From: Nostoc sp. PCC 7120 = FACHB-418
GTDB taxonomy: Bacteria > Cyanobacteriota > Cyanobacteriia > Cyanobacteriales > Nostocaceae
Assembly: GCF_000009705.1 (NCBI RefSeq)
Contig: NC_003272.1
Coordinates: forward strand, 1,290,001 to 1,322,000
Direction: 5' to 3'
Length of the DNA: 32,000 nucleotides
Made by a program: the position numbers and the translations under genes. Numbering within the stretch: the first letter of the stretch is position 1; every line of letters begins with the position of its first letter. Below, one piece after another: positions 8,498-16,699 of this stretch. The notes below the pieces were generated by a model. That model worked only from the letters and a program-made list of their open reading frames with translations. It was not told the DNA's origin and did not search any database.

Positions 8498-8911
8498 AGG
8501 CAATGCTAGTCCGCAATTAAATATACTAAGTAAATATTCTCGCCGTCTAATTCCAAAATCAGATAGGCTCCTCACAACTTCCTCAAATTTTTTTTATAAA
8601 TTGTCAGTGTAGGCAAGCCAGTCTTTGTGTAACAACTAATCAGCGAAGTTGGGAATTCCGCCATCATACCACTATAATTTGGCATTTTTAAATCAATTTT
8701 TAGCTGCATCTTAAATATTTTTAATCTGGCGAAAATTTTATACAATTACCAAATTTGTTAAACAGTAGAAAGTTACTGAAAACTTGAAGTAATACTTTTT
8801 ATCCAGAAGCATTCTTAATCTATATTGGTCACATGAGCAATCTTCAAAATCAAGCAAAATGTTATGTATTACAAAATTTACAGATAACTCACTATCAAGG
8901 AGGTGATGATA

Positions 8912-9295
8912 ATGGATACCGTTAGAAAGATTAATAACGAGTTAGCGATCGCCGGACAAATTACACCCATTCAGTTCCAAAAAATCACTGAAGATGGTTA
9001 CAAATCAGTGCTAAATTTGCGATCGCCTGATGAGAAAGGATTACTCGATAATGAACAAGATAAGCTTGAGTTTTTAGGACTACGCTATATTAATTTTCCT
9101 ATGAAATTTGAAGAGATTAATAATCTAACCACACTACAAATATTACAAACAATTAATGAACTGCCAAAACCTCTTCTAATTCATTGTGATAATTCTATTC
9201 GTTCCTCAGTTTTAGCACTTTTATATGTAGCTACCAAACAAGGTATCACATTTGAAAAAGCTTTAGAATTAAGCAGTAATTTAGGTTTGATATAG
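8912..9295 (+). CDS. DUF442/PTP-fold (beta-lactamase hydrolase-like) phosphatase-like protein
   Basis: The IAGQITP...YKSVLNLRSPDE pattern and the HC-DNSIRS cysteine loop are typical of DUF442. SD aaggagg lies at 8897-8903, so the ATG at 8912 has better spacing than the track start at 8903 or the ATG at 8906. Confidence 0.65.
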   Translation: MDTVRKINNELAIAGQITPIQFQKITEDGYKSVLNLRSPDEKGLLDNEQDKLEFLGLRYINFPMKFEEINNLTTLQILQTINELPKPLLIHCDNSIRSSVLALLYVATKQGITFEKALELSSNLGLI

Positions 9296-9481
9296 GAATC
9301 CGATTTGATTATTGAAAATATCTAAGTATTTGTAGTTCAAAACCGAACTTGTGTCCCGCTACGCTAACGCCCCTAGTGGCTGTATTTAATTGCGAATTGC
9401 GTAAAGCCTGCGGCATAGCTGCGCTTAGAGCGTAGTGGGACGTTACCATTGCGAATTGGGAATTGGATTTAAACGTAAGTC

Positions 9482-10690
9482 CTAAAATATATGTGAGGCA
9501 AATCCGATCGCTCCTCCTGCCAGCACTAACCAGGCAGAATTGATTTTAAATCGGAATACAGCGATCGCACTCACAATTGCCAAAATAATGGTTAACCAAT
9601 CCACTAGTGCGGTTTGTCCCAAGGTGTAAGTTACACCTGCCATTAATCCCAGGGAGGCTGCGTTCACGCCATCGAGAAACCCACTAGCCCAAGGAGATTG
9701 ACGCAACTTAGTCACCCAAGGGTTAACTATCCACACCAGTATAAAAGCTGGTAAGAATATACCGATAGTACCAGCGATCGCTCCGGCATTTCCTGCCAAC
9801 AAGTATCCAATAAATGTGGCAGTAGTAAACACAGGCCCCGGTGTAAACTGTCCAATGGCTATCGCATCTAGAAGCTGCTGTGATGTCAGCCATTGGTTGC
9901 GTTCAACTAAATCCCGTTGTAGAAACGCCAGCAACACATAACCACTACCGTAAAGAATACAGCCAATCTTCAGAAAGAAGAGAAACACACTTACCCAAGT
10001 GACTGATGTGACGACTGCTGTTGTTGTCCCAACTTGAGCGAGAATACCTGAGAATGGCAGTAAAAATGCTCCGGTGATACGCCCCCTATTTTGCCAATTC
10101 TTCAGCACCATAACGGCGATACCTAGCAAAATTAGCAGCAAAATTTCATTCAATCCGGCAAAGTAGGCGGCTACAGCTACCACTCCAGCGATGCGTGTCG
10201 GTAAGTCTTTAGCTGCTTTTTTACCCAGATTCCACACGGCTTGCAGCACGATCGCTATAATTACAGGTTTAATCCCATAGAGTAGCCATCCCACCTGTGG
10301 CACAGTTTGATAACGTGCATAAATGGCGGCTAATGTCCAAACGATGATCATGGCAGGGAGAATAAAGCAACTACCCGCTACCAATAAACCACGCCACCCG
10401 CCTTGTTCGTAGCCTATGTGTATAGCTAATTCCGTCGAGTTGGGGCCGGGAATCAAATTTGTGATTCCCAACAAATCCAGCAGTTTCTCGCGGCTCATCC
10501 AGCGACGGCGATTTACCACCTCACTATCCATCATGGCAATATGAGCAGCTGGGCCACCAAAGGCGATCGCCCCCAGTCGCAAAAATACCACCGCTAATTC
10601 TCTTAATCGCTGCTGTTGTTGTTTGGGAGTGAGAGCATGATAGGAAACCGCTTCCTGCTCTTGTTGAAAGTCCTCAGCTTCCTGTGTCAC
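9482..10690 (-). CDS. chrA: Chromate ion transporter (CHR family)
   Basis: 402 aa polytopic membrane protein. It has a duplicated CHR domain signature (FLRLGAIAFGGPAAHIAMM and a second half with GQFTPGPVFTTATFIGY). Confidence 0.9.
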   Translation of the reverse strand: MTQEAEDFQQEQEAVSYHALTPKQQQQRLRELAVVFLRLGAIAFGGPAAHIAMMDSEVVNRRRWMSREKLLDLLGITNLIPGPNSTELAIHIGYEQGGWRGLLVAGSCFILPAMIIVWTLAAIYARYQTVPQVGWLLYGIKPVIIAIVLQAVWNLGKKAAKDLPTRIAGVVAVAAYFAGLNEILLLILLGIAVMVLKNWQNRGRITGAFLLPFSGILAQVGTTTAVVTSVTWVSVFLFFLKIGCILYGSGYVLLAFLQRDLVERNQWLTSQQLLDAIAIGQFTPGPVFTTATFIGYLLAGNAGAIAGTIGIFLPAFILVWIVNPWVTKLRQSPWASGFLDGVNAASLGLMAGVTYTLGQTALVDWLTIILAIVSAIAVFRFKINSAWLVLAGGAIGFASHIF

Positions 10691-10780
10691 TGTAATTTTC
10701 CTGATTAATCAAGTTGATGGTTAATATTATCAACCCAGATCAATCCCAGCTAAAGCAATTTTTAGAAGGCCTTTCTTAAA

Positions 10781-10912
10781 TATATAGGACTTACGTAACT
10801 GGCATATTATTTTAAGTTTGTAGTAAGGACTTTAGTCCTCAAAATAAGGGCTTTAGCCCTTACTACAAGCAAAAAATAAGATTTTTGTGACAATTGCGTA
10901 AGTCCTGATATA
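10781..10912. mobile_element. MITE-like element with TATAT(C)AGGACTTACG terminal inverted repeats, copy A
   Basis: The left end tatataggacttacg (10781-10795) pairs with the right end cgtaagtcctgatata (10897-10912). The interior has hairpins gtagtaaggactttagtcct / agggctttagcccttactac. The 74-aa ORF at 10807-11031 is an artefact of this element. Confidence 0.6.
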
Positions 10913-11069
10913 GTGCCGATTTCCCAGGCATAGGTTGGATTTAGCACACCGCAAAAATATTGGGTTTTGGCTTTCCTTTCGGAAGGAAATATCTGCACAT
11001 TACTGGCTATCCAACCTACAATTTTCTGCATGATTTTAGCTTTGCCATTTAATAGGTTCAGCTAAACAT

Positions 11070-11303
11070 TTATCTAGGATGAATATGCCGTCTAGGCCCC
11101 CAGCCTGGATTGACAATAGTTGCTAACTCTTCTTCACTCAATTTACTAATTTCGTTCTCTAGTTCTTCAACCGTGAAGTCATAACCTTCTTCTTGAGCAA
11201 TCTTGATAAAAGCTTCCGGGTTATTTGTTGCTTGGAGTCTTTCTCTTAACGCTTGATTTTCCTTAACAGCTTTTAACAGTTCGGCAGCATTTTGCTGTGT
11301 CAT
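11070..11303 (-). CDS. Nif11-like small protein or leader-peptide-type precursor (77 aa)
   Basis: AAELLKAVKENQALRERLQATNNPEAFIKIAQEEGYDFTVEELE...LSEEEL matches the Nif11-like leader domain pattern. It is followed by a 13-aa basic Pro/His-rich tail, NPGWGPRRHIHPR. A ggagat RBS-like sequence is upstream. Confidence 0.7.
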   Translation of the reverse strand: MTQQNAAELLKAVKENQALRERLQATNNPEAFIKIAQEEGYDFTVEELENEISKLSEEELATIVNPGWGPRRHIHPR

Positions 11304-11368
11304 AGTATTTATCTCCTATCTTAAATATCAGATTTTAAGTTAGAGCCAATGCTATTGAAGGCTCAATC

Positions 11369-11514
11369 TATATAGGACTTACGTATGAAAACTAAAGATT
11401 AAGGGTTTGGAGAAGGATATAGGGGTTTAGGGGTATAAATGTTTGAAACCCTTACACCCCTAAACCCTTACACCCAGTCTCAACAGACAACCTGTGTGCG
11501 TAAGTCCTACTATA
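11369..11514. mobile_element. MITE-like element with TATATAGGACTTACG terminal inverted repeats, copy B
   Basis: The left end tatataggacttacg (11369-11383) pairs with the right end cgtaagtcctactata (11499-11514). The interior (aagggtttggag...cccttacacccctaaacccttacaccc...ctcaacagacaacctgtgtg) is colinear with the inverted copy C at 30138-30282. Confidence 0.7.
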
Positions 11515-11996
11515 ATTTAGATAGTTGCACTATTTTTAATTATTCGTCTTGTACCGATAGAAATAAAAATGATGAATAATACCGAGAAAAATATTGTTTT
11601 TGAGCTTTTATTATTCGCAGATACGGAAATCTAAATCAAGAATGTAATGGCTAGATAATACTTTTAATATAATCCCGATACCATATCTAATACAGGTTTT
11701 AAGTATAATCTGGTATGATTTTGTTGAAAATACCAATGTATGCAGGATTAAAATAATAAGTATTTATACATTGTGTTAATGTATTTAAAGATTATTTGTT
11801 TTTAAAGCTCCATTATTTATGGGGATAGATGAAACATAATTAAACTGGTAATAGAGGCACAATATTATCAAAAATAATATCTATATTTTGTATGATTTTT
11901 CCTAAAATCAGAAATTTCCAATGAAAAGGTGATTACACTCTCGGCAACTAATGCTAGAGTTTCAGGAAATTCATCGGCACTGTTCAGCGAGTATCC

Positions 11997-14192
11997 ATGC
12001 TGAAAAAACTACAAAAAAAGCAAATTTCTATAATCGCTGGTGCGGCACTGTTTGCCTTTTCAGCTGGGGCGATGGTGTCAGCACCTGAGATTGGTAAATT
12101 CTTGGGGCAATGGCTCAATGTGACTCAAAGTCAACCCCAAGATTTATCCGAAGCAAGTAGGGCGAAATCAGATGTATTTCCACTGATATCACAATCGCCG
12201 ACGGAACGAGCAGCCAAACTAGCAGAACTCTCGCAAAACTCCCGATCGCCAGATCGAGAAAGAGCGCGTTATCTGTTGGCGAGTGATTATATTGACACCA
12301 AACAAGGCCAAAAAGCCCTGGAATTACTCACGGGTTTAGAGAAAAGCTATCCTGTTCTGGCACCCTACATCTTACTAAAACAAGCACAAGCACAGGATTT
12401 ATTAGGGGAAGATGGCAAAGCTTCTGACTTGAGGCGACAAGTATTAAAACAGTATCCCAAGGAAGCGGCGGCGGTAAAAGCTATATATCTGATTGCTCAA
12501 CCAAAGCTACAAGATACAGCGATCGCGCAATTTCCTTCCCATCCCCTCACCTGGGAGATAATCAGGAAGCGCTTGTCAGAAAATCCCAATCAGCCACAGT
12601 TACGGTTAATCTTGGCTCAATATGCTTATACCCAGCCAGGGATAGTAGGGGTGTTAGACGAGCTAGGAAAACAGACAAATCTCAAACCCCAAGATTGGGA
12701 AGTGATTGGTACAGCCTACTGGGAGAACAATCAATTTCTCAAAGCGGCGAACGCTTACGCCAAAGCACCCAAAACAGCCCGTAACCTCTACCGGACTGCA
12801 CGGGGATGGCAAGTAGGCGGGAAAAATAGAGAACAAGCAATCTCTACTTATAAGCAACTAGTACAGCAGTTTCCTGATGCACGGGAAACAGGACTTGGCT
12901 TGGTACGGTTGGCAGAAATGGCAAAAAGCAACAAAGATGCCCTACCCTATCTCAACCAAGTAATTGCTAAATTCCCTGAACAAGCAAGCCAGGCGTTGGT
13001 AAAAAAAGCCGAAATCCTCACAGCCCTTAAGGATGAAAAAGCAGCCCAACAAACTTGGCAACAACTCATTACCAAATATGCCAAATCTAATGAAGCCGCC
13101 GAATATCGGTGGAAAATCGCTCTAGAGAAAGCCAAAGCCAGAGATTACACCAGCGCTTGGAAGTGGGCGCAACCAATTGTTGTCAACAACCCTAACAGTA
13201 TTTTGGCTCCCAGGGCTGGTTTTTGGTTAGGTAGATGGGCAGCAACACTAGGAAAACAGCAGGAAGCTCAAACTGCTTACGAGTACGTGATTAGCCAGTT
13301 TCCTTACTCTTATTATGCCTGGCGATCGGCAAATCTATTGGGGTTGAATGTCGGCAACTTTGATAACGTCCGTCAACTCACCCCAGAAGTAGTTCCTTAT
13401 CAGCGCCCCATCCCTCCCACAGGTTCCCCAGCCTTCCAAGAATTGTATTTACTGGGTCAAGATCGTGATGCGTGGTTGCAATGGGAGACAGAATATCTTA
13501 ATAAACAAGAACCCACAGTAGCAGAACAATTCACCGAAGGCTTGATGCGGTTAGCGAGGGGTGAATATCTGTCAGGAATTAACCTGATTTCCAAATTAGA
13601 AGACAGGGAAACACCAGAAGAACAAGCCGAATATCAGGCCTTAAGTAAACAGATTACCTACTGGCAAGCCCGTTACCCGTTTCCCTACTTGAAAGAAATT
13701 GAAAAATGGTCATCTGAGCGAGAACTTAATCCCTTGCTAGTTACCGCCTTAATGCGCCAAGAATCGCGGTTTGAAGCGAAAATCAAATCCGTTGTCGGCG
13801 CGACTGGCTTAATGCAGGTAATGCCCGATACAGCTAAGTGGATAGCATCAAAAATTCCCTTAGATATCAAGACCATTAATTTAGAGAATCCCAATGACAA
13901 CGTGATGCTAGGGACATGGTATTTAGATTATACCCATGAGAGGTATGGCAATAATTCCATGTTAGCGATCGCTAGTTACAATGCTGGCCCAGGTAGCGTC
14001 GCCCGATGGTTGAAAACTCTACCCAATCAAGACCCAGATGAGTTTGTCGAAGCCATCCCCTTTAATGAAACCAGAGATTATGTCCGTCAGGTATTTGGTA
14101 ACTATTGGAATTATCTGCGACTATATAATCCTGAAATTGCCAGCATCGTAGCTAAATATTCCGCCGAACAGCCGAAATTGCCGGAAAATTAG
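11997..14192 (+). CDS. slt: Soluble lytic murein transglycosylase (Slt70-like: superhelical TPR-like N-domain plus SLT catalytic domain)
   Basis: N-terminal signal/anchor (ISIIAGAALFAFSAGAMVSA). C-terminal SLT motifs LMRQESRFEAKIKSVVGATGLMQVMP (catalytic Glu) and AIASYNAGPG. Confidence 0.9.
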   Translation: MLKKLQKKQISIIAGAALFAFSAGAMVSAPEIGKFLGQWLNVTQSQPQDLSEASRAKSDVFPLISQSPTERAAKLAELSQNSRSPDRERARYLLASDYIDTKQGQKALELLTGLEKSYPVLAPYILLKQAQAQDLLGEDGKASDLRRQVLKQYPKEAAAVKAIYLIAQPKLQDTAIAQFPSHPLTWEIIRKRLSENPNQPQLRLILAQYAYTQPGIVGVLDELGKQTNLKPQDWEVIGTAYWENNQFLKAANAYAKAPKTARNLYRTARGWQVGGKNREQAISTYKQLVQQFPDARETGLGLVRLAEMAKSNKDALPYLNQVIAKFPEQASQALVKKAEILTALKDEKAAQQTWQQLITKYAKSNEAAEYRWKIALEKAKARDYTSAWKWAQPIVVNNPNSILAPRAGFWLGRWAATLGKQQEAQTAYEYVISQFPYSYYAWRSANLLGLNVGNFDNVRQLTPEVVPYQRPIPPTGSPAFQELYLLGQDRDAWLQWETEYLNKQEPTVAEQFTEGLMRLARGEYLSGINLISKLEDRETPEEQAEYQALSKQITYWQARYPFPYLKEIEKWSSERELNPLLVTALMRQESRFEAKIKSVVGATGLMQVMPDTAKWIASKIPLDIKTINLENPNDNVMLGTWYLDYTHERYGNNSMLAIASYNAGPGSVARWLKTLPNQDPDEFVEAIPFNETRDYVRQVFGNYWNYLRLYNPEIASIVAKYSAEQPKLPEN

Positions 14193-14241
14193 GGAATTGG
14201 GGGTTAGGAATTTTATAGCAGTTGACTGTTGCCTGTTAATA

Positions 14242-14268
14242 GTTGACGGTTGACAGTTAACCGTCAAC
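14242..14268 (+). terminator. Stem-loop downstream of slt (candidate terminator)
   Basis: gttgacggtt (14242-14251) pairs with aaccgtcaac (14259-14268), a perfect 10-bp stem with a 7-nt loop. It is 50 nt after the slt stop. There is no clear U-tract. Confidence 0.4.
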
Positions 14269-14510
14269 AAACCATATAAATGATATCCATTTATATGTAT
14301 AAATTAGTACTTATTGCCCTTGCCTTAGCGCAAAGTAATTTAATTAACTTTTAACTACATTTAATAATAAGTATAAATACTAAATAAACTAAAATATATA
14401 TACATACTATTAGGTAATTCTTATGCCATAAATACTTTAGGCTATGAGATAATTAAACGCAGAAAAAATTTGACCAAAAATCTAAATTTTATTTTTAGGG
14501 GTAAACAGTT

Positions 14511-15893
14511 GTGGGGTTTAATCCTGAGCTTTGCCGTAACGAAAGCGAAGTTGAAAGCAAACTGATTGTGCAATATTTATTACCGCAGCTAGGATATACT
14601 CCAGACACTTGGCATCAAGAAATTGCAGTTGGTAGCATTCGATTAGATTTTTTAGCCTTTGCTGCACAAGTCCTTCCCTTTGTTTTAGATGCTAACTCGC
14701 CATTGAGTGTGGTGATGGAAGCAAAGCATCCTAAGCAAAATTTAAATAATCATGTTCCCAGACTCAGGCACTATTTAACCAGTCTGAATGTTAGGTATGG
14801 TTTATTAACTAATGGTAAGGAGATAAGAATTTATGAAAAGGTTAAAAATGATGTTCAGCTAGTTTTCCAGTGTTCTGGGAAGGAGGTTGAGATAAAGTTA
14901 GAGGAAATTCAAGATTTAATCGGTCGAGAAAGTCTAAAAGAAAGACAGTTAATCGATCAATCAAAAATTAATCAAGTCGAAGTCAAAGAAAAAAAATTAC
15001 AGAATCAGGGTCAACATAGTATGAAAACAATTGCCATTTATCATAATAAAGGTGGTGTTGGTAAAACCACTGTTGCTGTCAACCTTGCGGCAGCATTAAG
15101 TAAGAAAGGGAAAAAAGTACTTTTGATTGATATAGATTCTCAGGCAAATACTACTTTTGCAACAGGACTAATTAAATTTCAATTTGATGAAGAAGACGAT
15201 TTACGTAATCAGAATGTATCAGATTTACTAGAATCAGCCGACTTTAATTTTATATCAGATGTTAAACGTCAATCTCACTATTTTAATAATCCAGAAATAG
15301 ATGTTGTTCCTTCTCACATTAACTTAATTGATAAGCAAGATAAACTAAATCAAATAGCAGTTAGTAGACCTCGGTTAATTTCTAAACTCAAAATCGTAGA
15401 AAATGATTATGACATCATAATTATTGATACTCCCCCGTCAAGAGACTATTATGCTCAAGTTGCACTGATTGCTTCTGATTATTTGATCATTCCTTCAGAT
15501 TTAAAACCATTTGCCAATCAGGGCTTGCCAACAGTGAAAAATTTTGTTAATGAGATTAATGAATATAGAGTAATGATGGGAAAATCAGCACTCCAAGTAA
15601 TAGGAGTTCTTGCTTCTAAGATTTCAACTAATGCTAAATTTTTGCAGTACACTTTTCCAAAACAAAGGGATGTAATATCTGAGCGATATGGCTTACCTTT
15701 GATGGAAGCGGTTATTTATGATAGAACTTCTCTATCAGAATGTATGAATAATTCTATGACTATTGGAGAGTTAGAATATCCAGATCCTAAATCAATTATT
15801 AAGTATGCAGAAACAAAAGCCAATGCCCAACAATCTGCTATGGAATTTGAGGTATTAGCTAAAGAAGTGTTAAACAAAATAGGAGTTAATTAA
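14511..15893 (+). CDS. Fusion protein: N-terminal HsdR_N-like PD-(D/E)xK nuclease-fold domain plus C-terminal ParA/Soj-family ATPase
   Basis: Residues 1-110 read ESEVESKLIVQYLLPQLGY...IRLD46FLAF...VVME70AK72...YGLLTNGKEIRIY. This is the type I restriction enzyme R N-terminal domain pattern with an intact D...ExK.
Residues 171-460 read MKTIAIYHNK180GGVGKT (deviant Walker A), LLIDIDSQAN (A') and IIIIDTPP (Walker B).
GTG start. AT-rich codon usage. Confidence 0.8.
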   Translation: MGFNPELCRNESEVESKLIVQYLLPQLGYTPDTWHQEIAVGSIRLDFLAFAAQVLPFVLDANSPLSVVMEAKHPKQNLNNHVPRLRHYLTSLNVRYGLLTNGKEIRIYEKVKNDVQLVFQCSGKEVEIKLEEIQDLIGRESLKERQLIDQSKINQVEVKEKKLQNQGQHSMKTIAIYHNKGGVGKTTVAVNLAAALSKKGKKVLLIDIDSQANTTFATGLIKFQFDEEDDLRNQNVSDLLESADFNFISDVKRQSHYFNNPEIDVVPSHINLIDKQDKLNQIAVSRPRLISKLKIVENDYDIIIIDTPPSRDYYAQVALIASDYLIIPSDLKPFANQGLPTVKNFVNEINEYRVMMGKSALQVIGVLASKISTNAKFLQYTFPKQRDVISERYGLPLMEAVIYDRTSLSECMNNSMTIGELEYPDPKSIIKYAETKANAQQSAMEFEVLAKEVLNKIGVN

Positions 15894-15895
15894 AT

Positions 15896-16654
15896 ATGAA
15901 GTTTTATACTGTTGATGTAAAAAATATTTCTTCTGACGTACCTGCTTCCAATTTTGTAAATGATGAGTTGAATAGCCTAGCTGATAATATTATTGTAAGC
16001 GGGGGACTTATTAAACCATTAATTTTAAAAATGTCAGGTTTAGAAGCTTATACCGTAGTAGACGGACATTTTGAATATTATGCTGCTGTGAGAGCTAGAG
16101 AAAAAAATCCTCGCCAATGTGAAATGGTCAATGCTTTTGTTATTGCACCCAATAATGAAGATAATATATCTAAGCAAGTAGCAGCTTTTAAAGAATTAAA
16201 CTTTTCAGATAAAAATCATTTAACAATAGAGCATAAAAAAGAAGTAAACAATTTAGAATCAAGTATAGTAAATCAAAAACTAGATTTATTTACAAAACAA
16301 ATTGATGATTTAAGATCAGAACTAGTACAAGAAAGACTAGAAAGACAGAAATTATATGAAGCTATAAAGGTAATTGAGAATCAAATACCTAAACAGATCA
16401 CACCATTGGAAGCATTTAATAATCTTAATTTATTGGAACTTACATTTAGGTTAAGAACATCTGGGTTTACTGATAAAAAAGCTGCTCAAGTTGTTGAGAG
16501 TCTTGATAAAGAACGTAAAAAGAGAAAATTTGAATCCTTGAAAGATGTAACAGAACGAGTAACCATTGCAAATGGTAAAAAACGAGTGAAGGGGATAAGC
16601 GGCGATAAAATGGTAGATATTGTTGATACTTGGTCACGTATCTTATTCACTTAA
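15896..16654 (+). CDS. ParB/Srx-fold N-terminal domain protein with a central coiled coil and a C-terminal ComEA-like helix-hairpin-helix
   Basis: The start lies 2 nt after the upstream stop, with an aggag RBS.
LNSLADNIIVSGGLIKPLILKMSGLEAYTVVDGHFEYYAAVRA aligns to the ParB box (L..SI...G...P..V.....Y.II.GERR.RAA), but the arginines are absent.
Residues about 125-165 are heptad-like (DDLRSELVQERLERQKLYEAIKVIENQ).
The C-terminus NNLNLLELTFRLRTSGFTDKKAAQVVESLDKERKKRKFESLKDVTERV...GISGDKMVDIV resembles ComEA HhH. Confidence 0.6.
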   Translation: MKFYTVDVKNISSDVPASNFVNDELNSLADNIIVSGGLIKPLILKMSGLEAYTVVDGHFEYYAAVRAREKNPRQCEMVNAFVIAPNNEDNISKQVAAFKELNFSDKNHLTIEHKKEVNNLESSIVNQKLDLFTKQIDDLRSELVQERLERQKLYEAIKVIENQIPKQITPLEAFNNLNLLELTFRLRTSGFTDKKAAQVVESLDKERKKRKFESLKDVTERVTIANGKKRVKGISGDKMVDIVDTWSRILFT

Positions 16655-16699
16655 CTTTTATCTATATCTGGGTTTTAATGATAATTTAGGGCTAGTAAT

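Noticed and set aside
8470-8900. Possible NtcA site near gtagaaagttac (about 8765) upstream of the DUF442 gene
   Set aside because: The spacing is GTA-N6-TAC rather than the canonical GTA-N8-TAC, and no appropriately placed -10 box was evident.
10807-11031. 74-aa minus-strand ORF
   Set aside because: It mostly translates MITE copy A hairpins (…LRTKVLTTN…). It has no RBS or family features.
11070-11303. Reading the Nif11-like gene as evidence of a nitrogen-fixation (nif) cluster
   Set aside because: No nif genes occur in the window. The Nif11 domain is widely used outside nif clusters in cyanobacteria.
14511-16654. Interpretation as the housekeeping chromosomal soj/spo0J (parA/parB) partition locus
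   Set aside because: The ParA carries an extra nuclease-fold head. The ParB-like protein lacks the GERRxRA box and an HTH. The genes are strongly AT-shifted relative to their neighbours. No origin-proximal genes (such as dnaA, dnaN or gidB) are nearby.
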